From: the human T2T-CHM13v2.0 reference genome, Homo sapiens
NCBI RefSeq assembly: GCF_009914755.1
Contig: NC_060925.1
Length of the DNA stretch: 64,000 nt
Strand: one strand, 5' to 3'
This document shows, piece after piece, positions 30,816 to 48,303 of this stretch. Within the stretch, counting starts at the first letter, position 1; every line of letters starts with the position of its first letter. Made by a program: the position numbers and the translations under genes. The notes beneath the pieces are model-generated. The model searched no databases. It saw only the letters and a program-made list of their open reading frames with translations, and was not told the DNA's origin.

Positions 30816-31309
30816 TATACCTTTATTAAAAATGAATTAATGTGTTGCTGTGTTTCGACTTCTGGACTTAATTTGGTTTCCCTGATTTGTATGTTTGTCG
30901 TTATGCTGATATCACACAATATGTATTACTACAGTTTTATAGTCTAGAAATCAGATAATATAAGACTTTGTTCTTTTTTAAAACCATATTAGCTTTTCTG
31001 AATTATTTGCATTTTCATATAAGTTTTAAAGTTATCTTGTCAGTTTCTACAAACACTGCTGATTGAGTTTGCATTGAATCTGCAGATCAACATGAAGAGA
31101 ATGACATCTTACTAATAATATGGGCAAATACTAATATATGGCATAGCTCTCTATTAAGTCTTTAATTTCAGCCATGTTTTGTAGTTTTGGTATATAAGTC
31201 TTGCACATATTTTGCTAAATGTATCTCTAAGTAGTTTCTTACTGGATGTTTTTGTAAATGGCATTTTTTTTAATTTCAATTTTCAGTTCTTTGCCAGTGT
31301 ATAGAAATA

Positions 31310-31636
31310 CAGTCACATGTTGCTTCATAATGGGGAGAAATGCCTTGTTAGTCAATTTAATCATTGTGTGAACACCACAGAGTGTACTTACACAAATCTG
31401 GATGTATAATATAGCATACCACATACCTAGGCTGTATTGTATAGCCTACTGCTTGTAGGCTACAAACCTGTACATCATATTACTGTACAGAATACTGTAG
31501 GCAGTTGTAACACAATGGTATTTGTGTGTTTAAACATAGAAAAGTTACAGTAAAAATGTTATTATAATCTATAAGACCACCACCGTATATGTAATAGAGT
31601 CTGTTGACTGAAATGTCATTATGCAGCACATGACTG
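31310..31636. mobile_element. Tigger3a-type MITE inserted in an old L1M
   Basis: cagtca...catgactg termini; L1M sequence resumes on both sides. Confidence 0.8.
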
Positions 31637-32993
31637 TTCAGGTGGGTTTTTTTTTTTGTATCAACTTTTTATCCTGCAACTTCGCTAAATTCACTTGTTA
31701 GTCTGGTAGCATTTTTGTATATTCCTTAAGATTTCCTACATACAGGATTGTCATCTGTGGATAAAAGCAGTTTTACTTCTTCCTTTTGCATATGTACTAT
31801 ACCTAGCTTAGTGCAATGTCAATAGAAGTGGTAAGAGTAGACATATTGATACAATAAAAAGAAAAACCATATACTATCAGTAAATGCAGTAAAAGCATTT
31901 TGGGAAAAAAAATCCAACATCTTTTCCTCAGAACCCAGATAAATGAAAGCTCTTAAGAATGTAAAAGTGGGGGTTCCGGGTAAGATGGCCGAATAGGAAC
32001 AGCTCCGGTCTGCAGCTCCCAGAGAGACCAACGCAGAAGGCAGGTGATTTCTGCATTTCCAACTGAGGTACCCAGTTCATCTCACTGGGACTGGGTTAGA
32101 CAGTGGGTGTAGCTCATGGAGGGCTAGCAGAAGCAGGGTGGGGCATCGCCTCATCCGGGAAGTGCAAGGGGTCAGCGAACTCCCTCCCCTAGCCAAGGGA
32201 AGCCGTGAGGGACTGTGCCATGAGGAACGGTGCTATTCAGCCCAGATACTACCCATTTCCCACAGTTTTTGCAACCCGCAGACCAGGAGATTCCATTGGG
32301 TCCCTACACCACCAGGGTCTGGGGTTTCAGGCACAAAACTGGGCGGCTGTTTGAGCAGACACTGAGCTAGCTGTAGGAGGTTTTTCTTTTCTTTTCTTTT
32401 CTTTTTTTTTGTACCCAGTGGCACCTGGAACCCCAGCAACACAGAACTGTTCACTCCCCTGGAAAGGGGGCTGAAGCCAGGGAGCCAAGTGGTTTTGCTC
32501 AGCAGGTCCCAACCCCATGGAGTCCAGCAAGCTAAGATCACTGGCTGGAAATTCTCTGCACAGCATTCTGAAGTTGACCTGGGACACTCCAGCTTGGTGG
32601 GAGGTGGGGCGTCTGCCATTACTGAGGTTTCAGTAAGCAGTTTTCCCCTCACAATGTAAACAAAGCCTCCGGGAAGGTCAGACTGCAGCATGGCAAAGCC
32701 ACTGTAGCCAGACTGCCTCTCTAGATTATTCCTCTCTGGGCAGGGCATCTGAAAGAAAGGCAGCAGCCCCAGTCAGGGGCTTTATAGTTAAAACTCCCAT
32801 CTCCCTGGTACAGAGCACCTGGGGGAATTGGCAGCTGTGCACACAGCTTCAGCAGACTTAAATGTTCCTGCCTGCCAGCTTTGAAGAGAGCAGCAGATCT
32901 CCCAGCATAGCACTCAAGCTCTGCTAAGGGACAGACTGCCTCCTTAAGTGGATCCCTGATCCCTGTGCCTCCTGACTGGGAGACACCTCCCAG

Positions 32994-33478
32994 TGTGTCC
33001 AGAGTTGGTTCCTTCCGGTGGGTTCTTGGTCTCGCTGACTTCAAGAATGAAGCCACGGACCTTCGTGGCAAGTGTTAACAGCTCTTAAAGGTGGCACGGA
33101 CCCAAAGAGTGAGCAGCAGCAAGATTTATTATGAAGAGCGAAAGAACAAAGTGTCCACATCGTGGAAGGGGACCCAAGCGGGTTGCGACTGCTGGCTGGG
33201 GTGGCCAGCTTTTATTCCCTTATTTGTCCCTGCCCATGTCCTGCTGATTGGTCCATTTTACAGAATGCTGGTTGGTGCATTTACAATCCTTTAGCTAGAC
33301 ACAGAGCTCTGATTGGTGCTTTTTTCAGAGTGCTGATTGGTGCATTTATAATCCTTTAGCTAGACATAGAGTGCTGATTGGTGTGTTTTTACAGAGTGCA
33401 TTTACAATCCTTTAGCTAGACGCAAACGTTTTCCAAGTCCCCACTCGACCCAGGAAGTCCAGCTGGCTTCACCTCTCA
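32994..33478 (-). mobile_element. Solo ERV9 LTR (LTR12 family, short LTR12F-like) inserted in the L1 5'UTR
   Basis: TG...CA termini, 4-bp TSD CCAG (32990-32993 and 33479-33482), tandem CTGATTGGTGC (CCAAT) repeats, LTR12-type U5 text. Confidence 0.92.
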
Positions 33479-33848
33479 CCAGCAGGGGTTGACAGACGCC
33501 TCATACAGGAGAGGTTCAGCTGGCATTTGGCAGGTGCTCCTCTGGGATGAAGCTTCCAGAGGAAGGAGCAGGTAGCAATCTTTGCTGTTCTACAGCCTCT
33601 GCTGGTGACACCCAGGCAAACAGGGTCTGGAGTGGACCTCCAGCAAACTCCAGCAGACCTGCAGAAGAGGGGCCAGACTGTTAGAAGGAAAACTAACAGA
33701 AGGAAAACTAACAAACAGAAAGCAATAACATCAACATCAACAAAAAGGAAGCCCATGCAAAAACCTCATCCAAAGGTCCTCAGCACAAAGACTAAAGGTA
33801 GATAAATCCATGAAGATGAGGAAAAACCAGCACAAAAATACTGAAAAC

Positions 33849-34137
33849 TGCTGGGTGTGGTGGCTCACGCCTGTAATCCCAGCCCTTTGGGAGGCTGAGG
33901 CAGACGGATCGTGAGGTCAGGAGTTTGAGACCAGCCTGGCCAACATGGTGAAACCCCGTCTCTACTAAAAATACAAAAGTTAGCCAGGTGTGGTGCATTT
34001 ATAATGGTTGGTGCCAGCTACTCAGGAGGCTGAGGCAGGAGAATCACTTGAACTCAAGGAGGCGGAGGTTGCAGTGAGCCAAGATTGTGTCATTGCACTC
34101 CAGCCTGGACAACAGAGTGAAACTCCGTCTCAGGGGA
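33849..34137 (+). mobile_element. AluS inserted into L1 ORF1
   Basis: TSD aaaaat(a/g)ctgaaaa. Confidence 0.9.
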
Positions 34138-37100
34138 AAAAATGCTGAAAATTCCGAAAACCAGCATGCCTCTTCTCCTCCAAAGGATCACAACTCCTCC
34201 CCAACAAGGGAACAAAATTGGATGGAAAATGAGTTTGATGAATTCACAGAAGTAGGCTTCAGAAGGTGGATAATAACAAACTCTTCCAAGCTAAAGTGCA
34301 TGTTCTAACCCAATGCAAGGAAGCTAAGAACCTTGATAAAAGGTTGCAGGAACTGCTAACTAGAATAACCAGTTTAGAGAAGAACATAAATGACCTGATG
34401 GAGCTGAAAAACATAGCACGAGAACTTTGTGAAGCATACACAAGTATCAATAGCTGAATTGATCAAGTGGAAGAAAGGATATCAGAGATTGAAGATCAAC
34501 TTAATGAATTAAAGCGTGAAGACAAGATTAGAGAAAATAGAATGAAAAGGAATGTACAAAGCCCCCAAGAAATGTGGGACTATGTGAAAAGACCAAACCT
34601 ACGATTGATTGGTATACCTGAAAGTGACGGGGAGAATGGAACCAAGTTGGAAAATGCTCCAGGATATTATCCAGAACTTCCCCAACCTAGCAAGACAGAC
34701 CAACATTCAAATTCAGGAAATACAGAGAACATCACTAAGATACTCCTCAAGAAGAGCAACCCTAAAACACATAATCGTCAGATTCACCAAGGTTGAAACG
34801 AAGGAAAAAACGTTAAGGCCAGCCATAGAGAAAGATCACGTTACCCACAAAGGGAAGCCTATCAGAATAACAGTGGATCTCTCAGCAGAAACCCTACAAG
34901 CCAGAAGAGAGTGGGGGTCAGTATTCAGCATTCTTAAAACATAATTTTCAACCCAGAATTTCATATCCAGCCAAACTAAGCTTCATAAGCGAGGGAGAAA
35001 TAAAATCCTTTACAGACAAGCAAATGCTGAGGGATTTTGTCACCACCAGGCCTGCCTTACAAGAGGCCCTGAAGGAAGCACTAAATATGGAAAGGAAAAA
35101 CCGGTACCAGCCACTGCAAAAACCATACCAAAATATGAAGACCAATGAAGCTATGAAGAAACTGCATCAACTAATGTGCAAAATAACCAGATCAAATTCA
35201 CACATAACAATATTAACCTTAAGTGTAAATTGGCTAAATGCCCCAATTAAAAAACACAGACTGGCAAATTGGATAAAGAGTCAAGACCCATCAGTGTGCT
35301 GTATTCAGGAGACCCATCTCATGTGCAAAGACACACATAGGCCCAAAATAAAGGGATGGAGGAATATTTACCAAGCAAATGGAAAGCCAAAAAAAAAAAA
35401 AAGCGGGGGTTGCAATCCTAGTCTCTGATAAAACAGACTTTAAACCAACAAAGATTAAAAAAAGACAGTGGCATTACATAATGATAAAGGGATCAATGCA
35501 ATGAGAGCTAACTATCCTAAATATATATGGACCCAATACAGGAGTACCCAGATTCATAAAGCAAGTTCTTAGAGACCTGCAAAGAGACTTAGACTTCCAC
35601 ACAATCATAGTGGGAGACTTTAACACACCACTGTCAATATTAGATCAACGAGACAGAAAATTGGCAAGGATATTCTGAACTTGAACCCAGCTCTGGACCA
35701 AGCGGACCTAATAGACATCTACAGAACCGTCCACCCCAAATCAACAGAATATACATTCTTCTCAGCACCACATAACACTTATTCTAAAATTGACCACATA
35801 ATTGGAAGTAAAATACTCCTCAGCATATGTAAAGGAACGGAAATAATAAGTCTCTCAGACCACAGTGCAGTCAAATTAGAACTCAGGATTAAGAAACTCA
35901 CTCAAAACTGCACAACTACATGGAAACTGAACAACCTGCTCCTGAATGACTACTGGGTAGATAACAAAATTAAGGCAGAAATAAATAAGTTCTTTGAAAT
36001 CAATGAGAACAAAGACACAACGTACCAGAATCTCTGGGACACAGCTAAAGCAGTGTTTTGAGGGAAATTTATAGCACTACATGCCCAGAGGAGAAAGCAG
36101 GAAAGATCTAATATCAACACCCTAGCATCACAATTAAAAGAACTAGAGAAGCAAGAGCAAACAAATTCAAAAGCTAGCAGAAGACAAGAAATAACTAAGG
36201 TCAGAGCAGAACTGAAGGAGATAGAGACACAAAAAAAACCTTCAAAAAATCAATGAATCCAGGAGCTGGTTTTTTTAAAAGATTAACAAAATAGACCACT
36301 AGCCAGACTAATAAAGAAGGAAAGAGAAGAATCAAATAGATGCAATAAAAAGTGATAAAGGGGATATCACCACTGATCCCACAGTAATACAAACTACCAC
36401 CAGAGAATATAAACACCTCTATGCAAATAAACTAGAAAAGCTAGAAGAAATGGATAAATTCCTGGATACATATACCCTCCCAAGACTAAACCACAAAGAA
36501 GTCAACTCCTTGAATAGACCAATAACAAGTTCTGAAATTGAGGCAGTAAATAATAGCCTACCAACCAAAAAAAGTCCAGGACCAGACAGATTCACAGCCG
36601 AATTCTACCAGAGGTACAAAGAGGAGCTGGTACCATTCCTTCTGAAACTATTCCAAACAACAGAAGAAGAGCGACTGCTCCCTAACTCATTTTATGAGGC
36701 CAGTGTCATCCTGATACCCAAACCTGGCAGAGACACAACAAAAAAGGAAAATTTCAGGCCAATATCCCTGATGACCATCGATGCAAAAATCCTCAATAAA
36801 ATACTGGCAAACTGAATCCAGCAACGCATCAAAAACCTTATCCACTGCGATCAAGTTGGCTTTATCCCTGGGGTGCAAAGTTGGTTCAACATATGCAAAT
36901 CAATAAATATAATCCATCACATAAACAGAACCAATGACAAAAAACACAAGATTATCTCAATAGATGTGGAAAAGGCCTTTGATAAAATCCAACACCCCTT
37001 CATGCTAAAAACTCTCAATAAACTAGGTACTGATGGAACATATCCCAAAATAATAAGAGCTATTTATGACACACCCACAGCCAGTATCATACTGAATGGA

Positions 37101-39199
37101 CAAAAGCTGGAAGCATTCCCTTTGAAAATTGGCACAAGACAAGGTGCCCTCTCACCACATAGTATTGGAAGTTCTGGCCAAGGCAGTCAGGCAAGAAAAA
37201 GAAATAAAGGGTATTCAAACAGGAAGAGAGGAAGTCAAATTGTCTCTGCAGATGACATAATTATATATTTAGAAAACCCCATCGTCTCAGCCCAAAAACT
37301 CCTTAAGCTGATAAGCAACTTCAGCGAAGTCTCAGGATACAAAATCAATGTGCAAAAATCACAAACATTCCTATACACTAATAATAGCCAAATCATGAGT
37401 GAACTCCCATTCACAATTGCTACCAAGAGAATAAAATACCTAGTAATGCAACATACAAGGGATGTGAAGGACCTCTTCAAGGAGAACTACAAACCGCTGC
37501 ACAAGGAAATAAGAGAGGACACAAACAAATGGAAAAACATTCCATGCTCATGGATAGGAAGAATCAATATCGTGAAAATGGTCATACTGCCCAAGGTAAT
37601 TTATAGATTCAGTGCTCCCCATAAAGCTACCATTGAGTTTCTTCACAGAATTAGAAAAAAAGCTACTTCAAATTTCATATGGAACCAAAAAACAGCCCAT
37701 ATAGCCAAGATGGTGCTAAGCAAAAAGAACAAAGCTGGAGGTATCACACTACCGGACTTCAAACTATACTATAAGGCTGCAGCAACCAAAACAGCATGGT
37801 ACTGGTACCAAAACAGATACATAGACCAATGGAACAGAACAGAGGCCTCAGAAATAACACCACATATCTACAACCATCTGATCTTTGATGAACCTAACAA
37901 AAACAAGCAATGGGGAAAGGATTCCTTATTTAATAAATGGTGTTGGGAAAACTGGTTCAGAAAACTGAAACTGGACTCATTCCTTACACCTCATATAAAA
38001 ATTAAGTCAAGATGGATTAAAGACTTAAACATAAGCCCTAAAACCATAAAAACCCGAGAAGATAACCTAGGCGATACCATTCAGGACATAGGCATGGGCA
38101 AAGTCTTCATGGCTAAAACACCAAAAGCAATGGCAACGAAAGCCAAAATGCCACAAATGGGATCTAATTAAACCAAAGAGCTTCTGCACAGCAAAAGAAA
38201 CTATCAGCAGAGCGAACAGGCAACCTACAGAATGGGAGAAAATTTTTGCAATCTATCCATCTGACAAAGGGCTAATATCCAGAATCTACAAGGAACTTAA
38301 ACAAATTTACAAAAAAAAAAACAACCTCATCAAAAAATAGGCGAAAGACATGAACAGACACTTCTCAAAAGAAGACATTTATGCAGCCAACAAACATATG
38401 AAAAAAAGCTGATCATCACTGGTCGTTAGAGAAATGCAAATCAAAACCACAATGAGATACCATCTCACGCCAGTTAGAATAGCGATCATTAAAAAGTCAG
38501 GAAACAACATATGTTGGAGAGGATATGGAGAAACAGGAATGCTTTTACACTGTTGGTAGGAGTGTAAATTAGTTCAACCTTTGTGGAAGACAGTGTGGTG
38601 ATTCCTCAAGGATCTAGAACCAGAAATACCATTTAACCCAGCAATCCCATTACTGGGTATATACCCAAAGGATTAGAAATCATTCTACTATAAAGACACA
38701 TGCACACATATGTTTATTGCAGCATTATTCACAATAGCAGAGACTTGGAACCAACCCCAAATGCCCATCAATGATAGACTGGATAAAGAAAATGTGGCAT
38801 ATATACACATGGAATACTATGCAGCCATGAAAGAGAATGAGTTCATGTCCTTTGCAGGGACATGGATGAAGTTGGAAACCATCATTCTCAGCAAACTAAC
38901 ACAGGAACAGAAAACCAAACACCACATGTTCTCACTCATAAGTGGGAGTTGAATAGTGAGAACACATGGACATAGGGAGGAGAAGGTCACACGCCGGGGC
39001 CTGTCGGGGGGTGGGGGGCAAGGGGAGGGATAGCATTAGGAGAAATACCTAATGTAGATGACAGGTTGATGGGTGCAGCAAACCACCATGGCACATGTAT
39101 ACCAATGTAACAAACCACGTTCTGCACATGTATTCCAGAATTTAAAGTATAATAAAGTGATTATTGATACTGTTGGAAAAAAAAGAATGTAAAAGTGTT

Positions 39200-39654
<455 letters not shown>

Positions 39655-39974
39655 CTAAAATGGTAACTGTTTAAAGTAGGTAGGGATTCTTAATCCAGGG
39701 TTCCCAATACTCTTATAGAAAGAAAAAATATTTTTATATCTATATATCTTTTTTTTTTCACTAACCTCTGAATGAAATTCAGTGTTTCTATTTTGAATGC
39801 AGGCAACAAAACACAGCAGTAATATTAGCAGCAACTGTGACTTTGTTGCCAATAGATGTTTTTTCCTATATCCATATTTAAAGATTGTTTCTTGAAGCAA
39901 CATATAGTTAGGTCTTGCTTTTTTATATTGCCTTTGAATTGGAATGTTTAGACAATTTGCATTTAAGGTAATGA

Positions 39975-42863
<2,889 letters not shown>

Positions 42864-44248
42864 TCAGGTCACATTTTCTTTCTTCACATTTCTATTAATT
42901 TTTTATTGGATGCTGGACATTGTTAATTTTATATGGTTGAGTGGTGGAATTTTTTTTTTCTGCTTCTTTTAAAGAATTTTGGACTTTGTTCAGACAAGTG
43001 GTTGAGTTACACGTGGATCAACTCCATCCTTTTGAGCCTTGTTTTAAGCTTTGTTAGGAAGCATCTAGAATATCATTTACTCTAGAGCTTATTTAGCTTT
43101 GCTACTAAGATAAGAGTCTTTTGAGGTTTCTACTGAATTCCTAGTTTTTCAACAAGGAAGACTTCTAGTCAGAACCATATGACTCTGGGAATTGTTCCAC
43201 CTGTAAATCTCTATTTATTCTTTGCCTTACCTTTTGAAGTTAGTCTGTGTGCTGGGCTTGGCCACAGACTCAAGTGAATCCTTCTGCAGATTTCTGGAAT
43301 TTTATATGCTTAGCTTCCACTTCTCTGGCCCACTTCCAAGCTCTGCTTGAGTTCTTTCTCCCTTCACCACAGTCTGAAAAATGCCTCTAGGCAGAAAGCC
43401 AGGGCAGTGTTAGGTCTCACTTCATTTCTTTTGCATCTCAGAAATCACAGTCCTACACTGCTTATTATCCAATATCTAAAAAGAGTTTTATATTTTTTTG
43501 TTCACTGTTCTGGCTGTTATTGTGGGTTGAAAAGTCTGTTTCTAGTTATTCCACCGTGGCCACTGAAAATTATTTCCTGTTTTTATACCTTTTAAGATAA
43601 TCATGGAGACAAAAAATAAAGTTTACGTTCCTTTTATTTTCTCTGGCTATTTGGGCCTTATGGCGTATATTGCTAATAACTGCCTATAGTGTTTAGCAAT
43701 TTCATCTGATCTCCTGTTCACATCTTTAATTATTTTCAAGATGACATTTTAAATGGTTCAGCTATAATACAATAATGAACAAAATAGTATAGAATTACTG
43801 TAGGATATTTTAAGCAAATAAAATAGCATGTACATTATATTAAAGCTCATGAGTGAATGTTTTTAAACAGTACATAAGTTGTTTAAATGATAGCTTTGCA
43901 AAGAATTGGGTTTATCATTGTAGTCATAAGGTTATCAACTGTTGGATTTAATCATCTTGTTTTCTAATCAAAGATTTTTAGAAGTAATATGAACATAATT
44001 GATGCCTAGTCAAAGATGATCTTCGGTGAATTAAAATATCTGAAAGTAATCCTATAAACTTATGTTAAAATCTGTATGGATTTTGCCATGTAGCTTCTGT
44101 TGTCCCTTTGATAGTCTTACAAGGAAAAAAACAAAACAAACTCCTATGTTTGATGCAGTAGTGTACATTATTAGACTGTTAGCATGTTTCTTAATCTTTG
44201 ATTTTTTTGTTTGTTTTTCAGATCGTCAGTATTTAAACAGATCACATC

Positions 44249-44305
44249 ATGCGTGAGTACAAGCTAGTGGTCCTTGGTTCAGGAGGCGTTGGGAAGTCTG
44301 CTCTG
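44249..44305 (+). CDS. RAP1A: RAP1A first coding exon (exon spans 44222-44305; MREYKLVVLGSGGVGKSAL, P-loop)
   Basis: Acceptor ttttcag ends at 44221, followed by 27 nt of 5'UTR, ATG at 44249 and donor CTG|gtaagt. Translation matches the Rap1 N-terminus. Confidence 0.99.
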
Positions 44306-46469
44306 GTAAGTTAGCCACCTAACTGTAACTGATTAATATAATACAAGAAGAATTTTGACATTTCCTTGCTTTCAGACTTCTAGATGCCAAAGAGAAAAGG
44401 TGGCATTATTATATATCTGATATCTGTCCCACAAAGGACAGGAAATCATTTAATAACCACAGATGTATATAGTTTTATAACATTGGCTCATTTATTCTTA
44501 TATTTACCAAATATTTATTGGCTATCTTATATGTCAAGCACCAGTGTTGATGATGCAGAGAGGAGTAAGATTGTTCTCTTTTTAAGGAATTTACATTGTA
44601 TTGGGGGAAACTGATTATTACAGATTCTAGTGGGATAATTCCTCACCTGCTTCCACCCTAGACTTAGATGGAATGAAGGTCATTTTTTGTGTTCATGCTG
44701 TTTTTATTTAGTACATAGTTACTGAGTTTCTATAGTGTCAGATTCTAGGGTCACAACAGTGAATGAAAACAGTCATAGTTTCTTATGGAGCTTGCATTAT
44801 AGTGGAGGAGATGTAATAAATACACAAAGAACTACTTGGTTCTACTTGTGAGCGAGATACTCTGAAAGAAAAATACAGATTAATTTAGAAGAAAGGCAGA
44901 GTGGATGTGGGAGACAAATTGGGAGTTAATACTGTATACCAGATAATTGTTTATGGAAGCTTGGATTAGGACCATGGCAGTTAAGAAAAGAGAAGTAAAT
45001 GTTTGAGGATTGAGTAAGTGGTAGAACTGACATAACTTGGTGCTAGATTGATATGGGGACTAGGAGAGAAAGAGCTGTCAAGGATGGCTCCCAAGTTTCT
45101 AGTTTGAGCTACTAATTTTATGGATGGATTAAAAGAAGAAGGGAAACAGTGGAGAAGGAGCAGTGAGAGTCCAAATCAAAGAGTCATGTCAAATTTTATG
45201 TTTGTGACATGTTGAAGTAATAAAAAAGAGAGGCCGGTGATATGATTTTGGGTGCCATCAATATGGTGATGATATTTAATTTCATGAGAGTTACATTGCT
45301 GTTAGGCATGTAAGTCAGTACCTCTGTCAAGAATGTTTGAGAATATCTGTCATTTTTAATGGCATATAACTTTCAATTCAGCGATTCCCTCTCTAAAAAT
45401 GTAGCCCACATATAAGTTCACATGTGCAAAATGGTGTGGTCAGGGAACATCACAACATTCTTTACAGTGACTAGAGTCTGGAAACAACCTAAATGTATTC
45501 CATTAAGGGGCTAGTTAAGTAAATTTTAATACATTTTCAGAGTAGAATACAGCCATTAGAATGCAATAGCTCTATATATACCGATATGTAATGATATCCA
45601 AGATACATTATTAGAGAGAAAAAAGGTACTAAACAGTGTAGACTATAATTTGTGTTTTATATTTAAAAAAATGTAGGCTGAGGGTAGATACCTGTAAAAT
45701 CATAGAGTATCTCTTCAAGGTTAAATAAGCTATGAATAACATCAGTTACTTTCTTGGGAGTAGGATTGGATAGCTGGGAACAAGGGTGGTAGATAAGCTT
45801 AGTTATCACTGCATAGCCTTTTGTGCCTTTTTGAATTTAGTCCTATGTCCATGAATTACCTTTTCAAAAATAATTTTGGAAAAAGTCCATAGGAGTGAAA
45901 GAGGTCTAGGGAGATACTAGAGAGAGAAGAGCAGAGCCCAGGACTGAGCTCTGAGTACCTCTCAACCTTTAGAAAGTAGATAGGATTGGAGGATCTAGCA
46001 TAGAAGAAGGTGTCTTTACTTGATTCCTCAAAAGTCAAGTAAAAAAGAGGAAAGAGATGATCAGAGAGCATAGAGGCAGTTGGACATGATAAAGGAAGCA
46101 GCTTTAGTCAGGTCATGTTGCCATAACCATAATGGGGTGGGTTGAAGATTAAATGAGAGCTGAGGAAATGGAATATAGACATTTGAAGAAGCTTGATTAT
46201 GAGAGGGGACAGAGAATGGGGGCAGAAGCTGGAGAGATATTGGGGTTAAGGGAGGTTTTTGTTTTTGTTTTAGAATTGGAGATAGTAAAGCATATTTGTA
46301 TGCTGGGGGCAATTCCTCTCCACTGGAGAGGAAAATAAGGATACAGGAGAGGGAAAGAGGAGATGATCCAGTACAAAAACCTGAGGAATAAAATTATAAT
46401 CTATGTGAATGAATGAATGAGATGTCCCTGAAAATTAAGACAGAGGATAAGATTCAGAGGAGTAGTCAA

Positions 46470-46750
46470 ACATTACTTTTAGTAAGAAAGAAATGAGAAA
46501 CGTTGGATTGTTTTGCATTTTTGCAAGTCTTATTAATGTCTGGCTTATAGAAGGCACATGGGCTCTTTTGCCTGCTTCTGTATCCAGTCTCTTTCAATAG
46601 CACATGTTCTATACCCTTTGGAAGATTCCACTGTAAACTTATGAGAGAAGAAGAAGAGTACCTCTTAGAATACATCTTAGTATTGTTAGGAAGATAGTTT
46701 GACCTTAGGGAGCCTCTGCCTTGGACCATATTTTGAGACTCTCTGCTCTA
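46470..46750. mobile_element. Charlie1-type hAT fragment
   Basis: ttttgcaagtcttattaatgtctggcttatagaag...ctgcttctg resembles Charlie1 text. Confidence 0.5.
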
Positions 46751-46779
46751 GCCTAAAGCATATTAGGAAGCTGTATTAG

Positions 46780-47073
<294 letters not shown>

Positions 47074-48234
47074 GTAGACTGCTTTGTATATTTAAATTAT
47101 GTGTCGTACTTAGAAGATGAGGTGATTAAATCCTTGATAAAAATCATGATTAAGGTTTTTGGTGTGATTATATCTTGAGTTGCCTTTGAATAATAGAAGC
47201 TTAGTAGGAGAAAGAAGTTTGTTTACTATATTTGAGTTAATCTCTTTAGCTCAAGCTAAAATAGTATATCAAATATTCCTCTGAGTAATTTAAGTGTAGA
47301 TGACCTCAGTCCACATTCTTACCCTTGCTTTTTAGGCAATAATGTACCAGACCCTGTTTTAAAGTTACCTAGGAAATATCTTAAAACCGTCTTCTGTACT
47401 TTTTTCACTTACTGAATGATAAATACGTATTTTCTAGTATGTGCTTTTGGATGCCTTTAAAAGTTGATAATATCTGAAAAAGATGAATGGGCAATATTTT
47501 CCAATGGAAAAAGTAAGGCTTTGGAATCAGGAAGATGTATGTTTGAATCTCAGCTGGCAAATAGGAAGAATAACTATTTCTGGGACAAATGTGAAATTTG
47601 AATGTGGTTATAAATTAAAAGTGACTAGCTTAATGTCTGGAACATAATAGACATTCAGTAAGTTTAAATTTCCCTTTCTCTTTTCCACCACAATTTAGAA
47701 AGGCTTTAACAAATTTACAAGATGCTGCTTGAGGTCCAGCTACCTGGGAGGCTGAGGCGGGAGGATCTCTTGAGTTCAGGAGTTCAAGGCCAGCCCAGGC
47801 AACATAGCAAAGACCCTGTGTTTAAAAAAAAATTAGAACCTTTGTCACTCCATTAAGGGCAGAGGGCATGGGATAAAAGTTACTATAGATATATAAAGGG
47901 GCAATAGGAGTTTAAATATTGATAATTTTTCATGTTTTAATTAGTTCAGATATGTTATTTGTATCCTTGTATATTAAGACTTAATGTAATTAACAGTGTA
48001 TTATCAGTATTGATGACAGTTTTTAACATGACTACCTCCTTTCATAATAAATGTACTCTTAGTTATGGATGTATCCTTATATTGAAAGAATTAATAATAA
48101 TATTATACTTTACATTTACGTGTTTACCCAGAATTTTCACATAATTTCAATTAATCATTATAATTTGTAGGTTAAGTAACATTCAATGGAGTTTTCCTTT
48201 AATTTTTTAATATTTCTCTTTTTTTTTCCCCCAG

Positions 48235-48303
48235 ACAGTTCAGTTTGTTCAGGGAATTTTTGTTGAAAAATATGACCCAACGATAGAAGATTCCTACAGA
48301 AAG
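48235..48303 (+). CDS. RAP1A: RAP1A coding exon 2 ([23 protein letters not shown], switch I/effector loop)
   Basis: Pyrimidine tract plus ccag acceptor and AAG|gtaaaa donor; 69 nt; Ras-family YDPTIEDSY motif. Confidence 0.99.

Larger units (their letters stand above)
31970..39184 (+). mobile_element. Full-length LINE-1, L1PA7-like, inactive
   Basis: 5'UTR with YY1 site AAGATGGCC (31982). ORF1 starts at ~33816 and is broken by an Alu. ORF2 EN/RT/C-terminal fragments run to 38952, with the ORF2 ATG region deleted near 35190. G-rich 3'UTR. 15-bp TSD AAGAATGTAAAAGTG at 31955-31969 and 39183-39197. Confidence 0.96.

Noticed and set aside
36873-38171. 432-aa ORF as a functional reverse transcriptase
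   Set aside because: It is an L1 ORF2 fragment with internal deletions and frame excursions. The catalytic FADD reads SADD, upstream stops are present, and the ORF2 start is lost.
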